Below, one piece after another: positions 7,417 to 15,541 of a stretch of 15,541 nucleotides of DNA. Below the pieces are notes generated by a model. It saw only the letters and a list, made by a program, of their open reading frames with translations, was not told the origin of the DNA and did not search any database. The DNA is from Promethearchaeia archaeon (GTDB lineage Archaea; Asgardarchaeota; Lokiarchaeia; Sigyniarchaeales; SOKP01). Position numbers and translations under genes: made by a program. Each line of letters begins with the position of its first letter. The stretch's first letter is position 1. The stretch covers positions 1-15,541 of the forward strand of contig JAHQWG010000052.1 in assembly GCA_029856045.1 (NCBI GenBank), read 5' to 3'.

Positions 7417-9948
7417 ATGGATATATATTCAATTTTAGCTCATCCATTTAGGAGGAAGATTTTACTACTTCTTGATAAGGAAAGTTATATCGCTTACACG
7501 GATTTGATGGACAGGTTAGGTTTAGAGACTACTGGGCAATTAAATTTTCACCTTAAAAAACTTGGGACTTTAATAAATAAAGATAAAAAATCCTATTTTC
7601 TCACGGAGGACGGAAAACGAGTTATAAATTTAATGAATATTGATAAAAAGATTTTGGCAGGCGAGGATATTGAATATTTAGATAAAGTTGGTAGTGAGAT
7701 TAATCGTGTAGGGGTTATTATTTGTAAGTGTAATACTGAAATTTCAAATCTTATAAGTATTAATGCACTTGAAAATTACCTTAAAAGAATTCCCAATGTG
7801 GTTACTGTGAAGATTTTTGATAATCTTTGTCAGGAGAAAAATATGGAACAGATTACTAAATGGTCTAAGGATAATTATTTGAATAAGATTGTTATTGCTG
7901 CGTGTTCTCCAAAAACTCATCTGCATATATTTGAGAGAATTTTTGATGGAGTTATTGATAAAGTTAATATTGAGATTGCTAACATCCGGGAACAATGTTG
8001 TTGGGTACATCAAAAGGAACCCACTTTAGCGTTAAAAAAAGCACAAATTTTAATTGAAGCGGCGGTTGAGCGCGTAGCATTACAAAAAGATGTTCAAGTA
8101 AAAACAGTTAAGATTGAAAAAAGTTGTGCTATTTTGGGTGGCGGAATTGCAGGGATGACACTTGCATCAAGTTTAGCAAAGGCTGGGATTAAAGTCTATT
8201 TAATTGAAAAATCCCCAACATTAGGAGGTAAAATTGCCAGGTGGAGTAAAATTTATGGAATGGGTGATTGTTCAATTTGTCTTATGTCAGAAATGATAGG
8301 TGAGGTCGTAAAAGAAAAAAATGTCGAAATTTATACCAATACTGAGATTGAGAAAGTTTCGGGTGAGGTAGGAAATTTTTCGATTGATTTAATTAAAAAG
8401 CCCCGATATATTGATGAAAAGAAATGTACTGGATGTAAAAGATGTATTGAAATTTGTAGTATAGAAAAAAGTAATCAATATGAATTTGGATTAACAGCAA
8501 GGAAGTTAATTTATATTCCTTATGTTCAATCTTATCCATATGCTCCAGTGATTGACCAAGAAGATATTGAAACTTGCCGACAATGTAGAATTTGCGAGCG
8601 AGCTTGCAACAATAATGCGATTGATTTGGATCAAAAACTTGAAAATATAAGGATTAGAGTTGGAACAAAAGTAATAGCAATAGGTGCAGATTTTTATTCT
8701 GATCTAAAGTCTTATAAATATAATCCCCAAAATGATATAATTACAACACCGGAATTTGAACGTATTCTATCAGCGGATGGACCAACAGAAGGTAAAATTT
8801 TGAAACTTTCAGATGGGAAACCCCCGAAAACTATCTCAATAATTCAATGTTTAGGCCCATTTGATGATTTGCCGGAACATTGTAGTACTCTCGCTTTAAA
8901 ATATTTGGAATCTATTTATTTACAGATTCCAGATTGTAAACTCAATATATTTTTTGATTTGAATAAAATTAGGAAATCTAATGGGTTCATGTTAGACCCA
9001 TCTGATGAAAAATTTCATTATTATGACAATATTGAAATTATAGAGAAAGGAAATAAGAAAATAATTATTTCTGATTCAGAGCAGTATCCCTCTGATATGA
9101 TCGTGTTAAATGTCAATTTTGTTCCAAATAAAGATTTAAAAGAACTTCGAAAGACATTAGATTTTACATTAGACGATCATGGTTTTATGAGTGAAGAAAC
9201 GCTGGCATCAGGTATTTTTGGTGTCGGTTCAATTAAAGGTCCATTAGATTATAATTCAGTGATCTCTTCTTCTAATGATATCGCTATTAAAATTATTTCA
9301 TTGTTATCAACTGATTATTTAATTACAGAATTTAGCGGTATCGAAATCAAAGAAGAGAATTGCGGATTGTGTGGTTTATGCATATTATCCTGCCCTTACA
9401 ATGCAATCACAATTGAGGCAGATAAAATTACTATTGATAAATTCAAATGTAAAGGATGCGGAACTTGTGTAAGTGTTTGTCCCACAAATGCACTTGACTT
9501 AAACATTGATACTACTGAAAAGATACTGAAATCAATTGAAGTATATTCTAAATTCAATTTAAAACCAAAAATAGTTGCATTCTGCTGTCGTTCTTGCGGA
9601 TATGGTGCAGCCGATGAAGCTGGTCTAAAGAAACTTTCCTATAATCCCAACATCTTTATTATTAAAGTTCCATGCACAGGGCGGGTAGATGCGAGTTTAA
9701 TTTTTAAATCTTTCAAATTTGGATTTGATGGAGTAATGATTATTGGTTGCAGAAAAGATTCCTGCCGATTTATAAATAGTGTAGATCAAGTAAAACAAAA
9801 AGTTAAACTTTTAAGAGAAGTTTTAGGTCCTATTGCTGAAAAACGAATAATACGTAAATCATTAAGCGCCGTCGAGGGCAATAAATTTGCAGAGATTGTA
9901 AATTCTTTTTATCAGAGATTATCGGAGGAGATTAAAAATGAAACCTAG
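7417..9948 (+). CDS. hdrA: Winged-helix (ArsR-like) DNA-binding domain fused to heterodisulfide reductase subunit A and a C-terminal MvhD domain
   Basis: aa 1-75 wHTH (LAHPFRRKILLLL...TGQLNFHLKKL...YFLTEDG). HdrA motifs CKC, AACSP, NIREQCCWVH, GGGIAG, DCSIC, four CxxCxxCxxxC ferredoxin motifs and EFERIL..DGPT. MvhD motifs FCCRSCGY, VPCTGRVD and DGVMIIGC...C. AGGAG SD upstream. Confidence 0.9.
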   Translation: MDIYSILAHPFRRKILLLLDKESYIAYTDLMDRLGLETTGQLNFHLKKLGTLINKDKKSYFLTEDGKRVINLMNIDKKILAGEDIEYLDKVGSEINRVGVIICKCNTEISNLISINALENYLKRIPNVVTVKIFDNLCQEKNMEQITKWSKDNYLNKIVIAACSPKTHLHIFERIFDGVIDKVNIEIANIREQCCWVHQKEPTLALKKAQILIEAAVERVALQKDVQVKTVKIEKSCAILGGGIAGMTLASSLAKAGIKVYLIEKSPTLGGKIARWSKIYGMGDCSICLMSEMIGEVVKEKNVEIYTNTEIEKVSGEVGNFSIDLIKKPRYIDEKKCTGCKRCIEICSIEKSNQYEFGLTARKLIYIPYVQSYPYAPVIDQEDIETCRQCRICERACNNNAIDLDQKLENIRIRVGTKVIAIGADFYSDLKSYKYNPQNDIITTPEFERILSADGPTEGKILKLSDGKPPKTISIIQCLGPFDDLPEHCSTLALKYLESIYLQIPDCKLNIFFDLNKIRKSNGFMLDPSDEKFHYYDNIEIIEKGNKKIIISDSEQYPSDMIVLNVNFVPNKDLKELRKTLDFTLDDHGFMSEETLASGIFGVGSIKGPLDYNSVISSSNDIAIKIISLLSTDYLITEFSGIEIKEENCGLCGLCILSCPYNAITIEADKITIDKFKCKGCGTCVSVCPTNALDLNIDTTEKILKSIEVYSKFNLKPKIVAFCCRSCGYGAADEAGLKKLSYNPNIFIIKVPCTGRVDASLIFKSFKFGFDGVMIIGCRKDSCRFINSVDQVKQKVKLLREVLGPIAEKRIIRKSLSAVEGNKFAEIVNSFYQRLSEEIKNET

Positions 9949-10699
9949 TTTCTTAATCGAATCATTGACTTCTTGTAGTGGTTGTATCTCAACAATGATT
10001 TCATTAGATATCTTTCCTCAATTTCTTGATAAGGTAAATCTCGTTCGTTGTTCATTTATGAGAGATGAAAATAATATCACTGAAAATGATATCGCTTTAA
10101 TTGAGGGGTGTGTTTCAGAGGAAAAACAAATCGATATTCTTAAAAATATTCGGAGTAAATCCAAGAGAGTAATTGCTTTAGGAACTTGTGCCGCTTTTGG
10201 AGGAATGCTTGCACTCTCAACGGTAAAACAAGCAGAACCTATATCTAATTATATTGAAATAGATGGAATAATTCCTGGATGTCCACCACCTTCTAAATTA
10301 TTAGGTAATTGTATTATTAGATTGTTAGAAAATAAAGATATAGTTTTACCTGAAAAAAACGTTTGTGCAGATTGTGAATTTAGAACTGATGATATTGAAA
10401 AAAAATTTAAGAGACGAATCAATGCAATAATGCCGAAAAATTATAATGTAGATAGTGAAATTGAAGATAAGCGTTGCTTTTTAGAAAGGGGAATTTTATG
10501 TTTGGGACCAATAACTAGAGATGGTTGCGAGTGTAAGTGCATTAAATTTGGCCTTCCTTGTGATGGGTGCATGGGACCAATTAAAAATGATTTCACCTCT
10601 AATACCATTAATTTTTTGAGCACGGTAAATCTTGCCAAAGGTCTAAGGAAATATAAAGGAATTTTCTATCGTTATTCAAAACCAAAAACCAAGAGGTAA
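9938..10699 (+). CDS. mvhG: [NiFe]-hydrogenase small subunit, group 3 (MvhG-like)
   Basis: SCSGC, IEG, GTCAAFGG, IPGCPP, CADC, CFL, CLGP, GCECKC and PCDGCMGP motifs. Overlaps the end of hdrA by 11 nt. Confidence 0.85.
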   Translation: MKPSFLIESLTSCSGCISTMISLDIFPQFLDKVNLVRCSFMRDENNITENDIALIEGCVSEEKQIDILKNIRSKSKRVIALGTCAAFGGMLALSTVKQAEPISNYIEIDGIIPGCPPPSKLLGNCIIRLLENKDIVLPEKNVCADCEFRTDDIEKKFKRRINAIMPKNYNVDSEIEDKRCFLERGILCLGPITRDGCECKCIKFGLPCDGCMGPIKNDFTSNTINFLSTVNLAKGLRKYKGIFYRYSKPKTKR

Positions 10700-10705
10700 A
10701 AAATT

Positions 10706-12010
10706 ATGAAGAAAGTAGTTGATGTATGCACCCGGGTTGAAGGACATGGAAATATAAAAATTTTACTTCAGAAGGATGAAATTACAAGTGTGAATTTTGA
10801 TCTTGAGATATTTCGAGGGTTTGAAAATCTATTGATTGATAAAAGGTTGATTGATGTTCCTAGAATTGCATCAAGAATATGTGGATTATGTCACGCATCA
10901 CAAACAATAGCAAGTTGCAAAGCAATAGAGAGCATGTATGAAATTGAACCCTCTCTACAATCAGTTCTTTTACGGCGATTATTAATGATTGGTGAGTTGA
11001 TAAAATCACATTCAATGCATTTCTTTTTTCAAGCATTTCCCGACCTTTTTGTAATTTTGGATAAACAACCAAAACCACTCTCACTGAATGAATTAGTCCA
11101 TTTTGATTCTAAATTAACTTCAAATATGTATGAATTAATAAAAATCGGCAATGAAATTGTGAATTTATTTGGCGGAAAATCCGTTCATTTAATAACACCC
11201 ATTATTGGTGGTATATTTTTTTCACCCTTAAAAAAAGAAATAAATCTTGCACGGAGATATCTACAAAATTCTATAAATAATTTAAAATGGGTTATTGAGC
11301 GTTTCATAGAGATATTTTCTCAATTTGATCCTCCTGTTGTTTATTCCTTACCAAATCCTGCTTATATGGGAATGCATAATGATGAAAAATTTGATCGGTA
11401 CAGTGGAATCTTACGATTGGCACAAAATAATAAAATTATCGCTGATTTTCCCGTATATAAACATTCACAATATTTTGATAAGCAGGAAGATTTACATGGA
11501 ATTGATTTCTATCTAAAAAACGACCAAAACATTCTTGTTGGCCCACTCGCACGGAATAAAATAATTAAAGATTATGGAATAGATGAACTGCAATCCTATA
11601 TTGGTCTTTTTAATAAAGAATGGCAAAATAGTATTTTATTCTCAAATTTTATTAGACTAATTGAAATGTTGTTTTTTTCTTATGAAGGTTTATCAATTCT
11701 AGATGAAGCTGAATTGATACAAAAAAATGATATAAGTCCCATTAATTTTTTAAAAAATAATGAAGGAATCGGCATGGTTGAGGCACCCCGAGGAACGCTT
11801 ATACATTATTATCATGTAAATAAAAAAAGATTAATTGATAAAGTGAAACTTTTTGTTGCAACTGAAATTAATTTGCCCATTATTGATGAAATCCTTACAA
11901 CACAAAGCCAAGAATTGTATGAAAGAACTGGTGATTTAAATCAGATCAAAAAACAAGCACAAATGATTATAAGATCGTTTGACCCCTGTATCTCTTGCGC
12001 AACACATTAA
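10706..12010 (+). CDS. mvhA: [NiFe]-hydrogenase large subunit, group 3 (MvhA-like), lacking the C-terminal extension
   Basis: TRVEGHG, RGFE, L1 RICGLC, VEAPRGTLIH and L2 DPCISCATH followed directly by TAA. Confidence 0.88.
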   Translation: MKKVVDVCTRVEGHGNIKILLQKDEITSVNFDLEIFRGFENLLIDKRLIDVPRIASRICGLCHASQTIASCKAIESMYEIEPSLQSVLLRRLLMIGELIKSHSMHFFFQAFPDLFVILDKQPKPLSLNELVHFDSKLTSNMYELIKIGNEIVNLFGGKSVHLITPIIGGIFFSPLKKEINLARRYLQNSINNLKWVIERFIEIFSQFDPPVVYSLPNPAYMGMHNDEKFDRYSGILRLAQNNKIIADFPVYKHSQYFDKQEDLHGIDFYLKNDQNILVGPLARNKIIKDYGIDELQSYIGLFNKEWQNSILFSNFIRLIEMLFFSYEGLSILDEAELIQKNDISPINFLKNNEGIGMVEAPRGTLIHYYHVNKKRLIDKVKLFVATEINLPIIDEILTTQSQELYERTGDLNQIKKQAQMIIRSFDPCISCATH

Positions 12011-12019
12011 TTTTTTTTT
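12011..12019 (+). terminator. Oligo-T tract, candidate archaeal intrinsic terminator of the hdrA-mvhGA operon
   Basis: T9 run immediately after the mvhA stop in a convergent intergenic region. AT-rich background limits confidence. Confidence 0.4.
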
Positions 12020-12168
12020 AAAATATAGAATATACTATTGTCTTGTAATTATAGATTTTTATTATAAGAACTTTTAAATTTAAGTTATTAAAATAATTTT
12101 CATAGAGATAAAATTAATTAATCTTTAAAATACACCAAAAAAAAAATATTCAATAATAAAGTTGGTAA

Positions 12169-14430
12169 TTATTTCTCTTCTTCCTTAAATATTTCCACTA
12201 TTTTATCTTCAGAATCTCTGAAAGGATGCAGAGCTCCTGTCCAATCCGGAAGATAAGTTTTATGTTTTTCCTCGAACCATTCAACAAATTCTTTTAAAAG
12301 ACTACGGTTTTCTAATGATTGTCTTCCTTTTACAAATAATGCTGAGAAAATATATTTCCCATATTCAATTATAATTGTGATATCTCCATGGTCAATAGTC
12401 TTTAGTAACTCCGAACTTTTTGTTGCTTCTTTAATGAAGGCTGTAATAGCAGTGAATAGACCTGCAATCAAGCCTGAATCGGCAATATCTCCCACTTGCT
12501 TAAAGTTATGGCTAACTAAATCCCTTCCATCTGAATAAATTACATAAAGTCCTTGCAGCTCGACTTTTTCATAATCATATGTGAATTCTGGAATCCAAAA
12601 AGAGATTTTTCCATTATAAAATAGATATTTTAAAGTAAAATAAAATCTACGCATTTCTTCCTTCTCTATTGGTCTAATTTCTTTCAAAAACTTATTATTC
12701 TTGATTATTTCTAATAAATCTTTAACTTCTTCTCTTTCTTCAATTTTTTCTGCTTTAACTTCTGGTTCAGGAGTTTTTACTACTAAATATCGATAGAGAT
12801 CTGTAACATATGCATCAAACTTTGGAAATTCAGAAATTCTTGAAAAAGAAATCTTTTCGACCATTTTTTCTCCCTTAAAAACATTTTTAGCAATAAAGAT
12901 TTTATTTAAATAATATAAAATTAATCCCCAGATTAATAGATTAAAAACATAGCGTGTATAAGTGAATGGAATCGCTAAAATTTCTAATAATGGAAATCCA
13001 CCTTGAGTTGAAAGGTTGACTTTGAACAATACTGTCCTTATTGTGTAAATATTTTTATCAAGAAATGAAAAATAAGCTGGTGAACCAGTAATCCAATATT
13101 CTTCCGGAGCAAAATTGATTGGAGGATAAAAACCTGCAAATCTAACCAATATTGAGATTAAAATGACAATCCCAAGATAGATAAAAGAAGTCATAGCAAT
13201 CTTTTTAATAAACTGCATACTTCTCGAGAAAAGATATGCAAAAAGTATAACAGAAAAAATTAAGATAAATGTATTTATGATATTAAATAGGTCTAATCTC
13301 AACGCCTCTTCTAAAAATATATTATTTCCATAAGAAATATCAGCTTTTAGTAGTAGTTCGTCAAAATATTCTTGACTCATAATTATCCCTATCTGTAATG
13401 GATTAATTAAAAATTGGTAAATAATAAGGAAAATTACACACCCTCCTACGCCAATAATTAAAGGAATATACCAATTTGTCCAATCTATCTTTTTTTTCTT
13501 CGTTTTTGTTCTTTTCCATAAATCAATTAACTTTATAAAAATTAAAATCGCAATAGGTTGAAAAATTTTATGGAATAAAATAAATATTCCAGCACCCATC
13601 ATAAAATATGCGAAGAAATAAAGTATGAAAACGTAATTTGTAGTAGTATCTGCTAAAAATAATAAAATGCTTAGAAGAGATATTGGAGTTCCTACTTGAA
13701 ACAAACTTCTAAAAGTATCTTCTCTCAATTTTTCTCCAATGTATACTCCTTTAAAGGAAATTTTACTACTATACACCAAGTGAATCCCAACTAACAGTGT
13801 AGCAATATATACAAATAAAATTTCCACAAACCATCCCATAGTTGTTGTACCTGTGGTTAAATCAATGCTCTCTAAACCTAAAAGTTCGATTATGACGGAT
13901 ATTAAGTATAGAGATATTGGCAAAAGAACAATTAATAATTTTAAGAGTTGTTTTTCTTCCGACCAATCACCTTTTATTAGTCCCTCTTCTATCATATCAG
14001 AAGGACTTTTTTTAAATTCAAAAGTTAGATCGGCAAGTTTATCCCTCATAACTCCCGGTTCTTTTCGCAATTTTCTCCATAATATAAGAAACGATAAAAG
14101 TGGACCTACTAAAAATATAAATGTTAAAGTTACAAAAGGATATTGGAAAAAATAGCCAATTAGAGACATCATATGAGAAAATATGAAAAAAAATGCCATA
14201 AAAATATTTTCTTGTTCTTGGGGATGCAATTGAAGCTCCTTAGGATCGATATCTGTTTGAAACATGATTGGTAAAATCCAATATACTAGAAAAAAAATAA
14301 CAATTCCTAAGAAGACTCTTAAGTATAATTTTCCAATTAATCTTTTATAAATAAAAGGAATTGGAATCGCCAAAAAAATGATTGGTAGCCCATTTAAAAA
14401 CAATAAATAAAATATTTCTATCGGTTCCAT
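12169..14430 (-). CDS. Multipass membrane protein (about 12-13 hydrophobic segments) with a C-terminal longin/roadblock-like domain
   Basis: Hydrophobic helices span aa ~5-510. The last ~130 aa (GLYVIYSDGRDL...DSGLIAGLFTAITAFIKE...IIIEYG...FEEKH...DWTG...F) follow the longin-like pattern common in Asgard proteins. Confidence 0.7.
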   Translation of the reverse strand: MEPIEIFYLLFLNGLPIIFLAIPIPFIYKRLIGKLYLRVFLGIVIFFLVYWILPIMFQTDIDPKELQLHPQEQENIFMAFFFIFSHMMSLIGYFFQYPFVTLTFIFLVGPLLSFLILWRKLRKEPGVMRDKLADLTFEFKKSPSDMIEEGLIKGDWSEEKQLLKLLIVLLPISLYLISVIIELLGLESIDLTTGTTTMGWFVEILFVYIATLLVGIHLVYSSKISFKGVYIGEKLREDTFRSLFQVGTPISLLSILLFLADTTTNYVFILYFFAYFMMGAGIFILFHKIFQPIAILIFIKLIDLWKRTKTKKKKIDWTNWYIPLIIGVGGCVIFLIIYQFLINPLQIGIIMSQEYFDELLLKADISYGNNIFLEEALRLDLFNIINTFILIFSVILFAYLFSRSMQFIKKIAMTSFIYLGIVILISILVRFAGFYPPINFAPEEYWITGSPAYFSFLDKNIYTIRTVLFKVNLSTQGGFPLLEILAIPFTYTRYVFNLLIWGLILYYLNKIFIAKNVFKGEKMVEKISFSRISEFPKFDAYVTDLYRYLVVKTPEPEVKAEKIEEREEVKDLLEIIKNNKFLKEIRPIEKEEMRRFYFTLKYLFYNGKISFWIPEFTYDYEKVELQGLYVIYSDGRDLVSHNFKQVGDIADSGLIAGLFTAITAFIKEATKSSELLKTIDHGDITIIIEYGKYIFSALFVKGRQSLENRSLLKEFVEWFEEKHKTYLPDWTGALHPFRDSEDKIVEIFKEEEK

Positions 14431-14514
14431 TTATAATGCCTTATTTTTTATATTAAATTATTTATAATATACGTTAATTATTTAAATGATTATATAAATA
14501 TTTGCTGATCTTGG

Positions 14515-15541
14515 ATGAATAACATAGGGATAATCTCAGATAAAGATTTTGGAATTTTAAATGAACCACCTTTCCCCCGACCTTATTTTGAAGCATTTGA
14601 AACACCTTTAAGAATTAAATGTATTATGGATTACTTTGAAAAAAAGAACTTATTTGAAGATAATAGGATAAAAAAGATTCCAATAAGAAATTTTGAAAAG
14701 ATTGAGGCAATACTTGAATTAGTTCATACTAGATACCATATTGATTCAATAAAATATTTTTCAAATTTGGCTTCTGGAAGTGTTGGTGAAACTGTTTTCA
14801 TTACTGAAGAGACATTTAAATTAGCAAAAAAAGCAGTTGAAGGAACAATTACTGCTTTTAATTCCGTCATATCAGGAGAAGTCAATCAATCATTTGCTTT
14901 CATAAGACCTCCGGGTCATCATGCACTAAGAGATGTAGCTTCAGGTCTGTGCATTTTTAATAATATCGTAGTGGGTATTCAATATTTAAGAAAAATAAAA
15001 AAAAATGCGAAAAAATTCGCCATTATTGATATAGATAATCATTATGGAGATGGAATCGCCAAATTTTTTTATGAAGACCCTGAGGTCCTTTATTTTTCAA
15101 TTCATGAGTATGATTTTGACCAAGGGGAACTGGGTTTTATTCATGAGCTTGGAAATAATGAAGGTTTAGGCTATAACATTAATTTTCCAATACCTCCCAA
15201 AACTACTGATAAGTATTATTTAGATTTTTTTGATATTTTAGAGGCAGTGTTTTCAGAATTTAAACCTGAAATGATAATTATCGCCTGTGGATTTGATTGT
15301 CACTACACCGATCCCATCGGAAATTGTTTGCTTACAGCCAATTCCTACATAAAATTTACTCAAAAATTATTAACACTCGCAAATAATGTATGTAATGGGA
15401 AGATCTCATTTATCCTCGAAGGAGGATATAGCTTAAGTGCATTACCAATATGTTCTTACGCTATAGTTAAAACACTACTAGGTGATATGGTTAATCTACC
15501 TTCTCAAGAAAAAATAGAATTTCCCGAGGATTTAGATATCT
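14515..15541 (+). CDS. Zn-dependent histone deacetylase family protein (HDAC/AcuC/APAH), 3'-truncated by the window edge
   Basis: Manual translation from ATG 14515 (MNNIGIISDKDF...) is open to the end and contains RPPGHHA, GLCIFNN, DIDNHYGDG, SIH, GFD and LEGGY. Confidence 0.9.
   Translation, partial: MNNIGIISDKDFGILNEPPFPRPYFEAFETPLRIKCIMDYFEKKNLFEDNRIKKIPIRNFEKIEAILELVHTRYHIDSIKYFSNLASGSVGETVFITEETFKLAKKAVEGTITAFNSVISGEVNQSFAFIRPPGHHALRDVASGLCIFNNIVVGIQYLRKIKKNAKKFAIIDIDNHYGDGIAKFFYEDPEVLYFSIHEYDFDQGELGFIHELGNNEGLGYNINFPIPPKTTDKYYLDFFDILEAVFSEFKPEMIIIACGFDCHYTDPIGNCLLTANSYIKFTQKLLTLANNVCNGKISFILEGGYSLSALPICSYAIVKTLLGDMVNLPSQEKIEFPEDLDI

Noticed and set aside
7417-12010. Selenocysteine recoding in HdrA, MvhD or MvhA
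   Set aside because: The frames have no internal TGA, the relevant positions are Cys codons, and the stops are TAG/TAA.
7744-14155. Short ORFs 7744-8013, 10441-10638, 10860-11084, 11325-11516 and 13853-14155
   Set aside because: They lie wholly inside long conserved CDSs and have no recognisable motifs.

Overview
AT-rich archaeal window, most likely from an Asgard archaeon (Lokiarchaeia-like). This is an inference from the HdrA/Mvh genes, a membrane protein with a longin-like C-terminal domain and an HDAC-family gene. Left to right: (1) a KDSR-like short-chain dehydrogenase; (2) two tandem minus-strand operons encoding five paralogues of an unannotated TraB/Tiki-like domain, two of them fused to bacterial-type NAD(P)-dependent methylene-H4MPT dehydrogenases (MtdB/MtdA family) with apparently opposite cofactor fingerprints; (3) a divergent operon encoding a winged-helix–HdrA–MvhD fusion, MvhG and an MvhA that ends at CATH with no cleavable tail; (4) a multipass membrane protein with a longin-like tail; (5) a histone-deacetylase-family gene running off the end, absent from the ORF track. 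Both Mtd operons carry a TTRAC-N10-GTYAA palindrome at the same offset from a shared 18-bp motif. The leading hypothesis is an H2/redox-sensing hydrogenase–transcription-factor complex controlling C1 (H4MPT) metabolism. All family calls come from manual motif recognition; no database searches were run.
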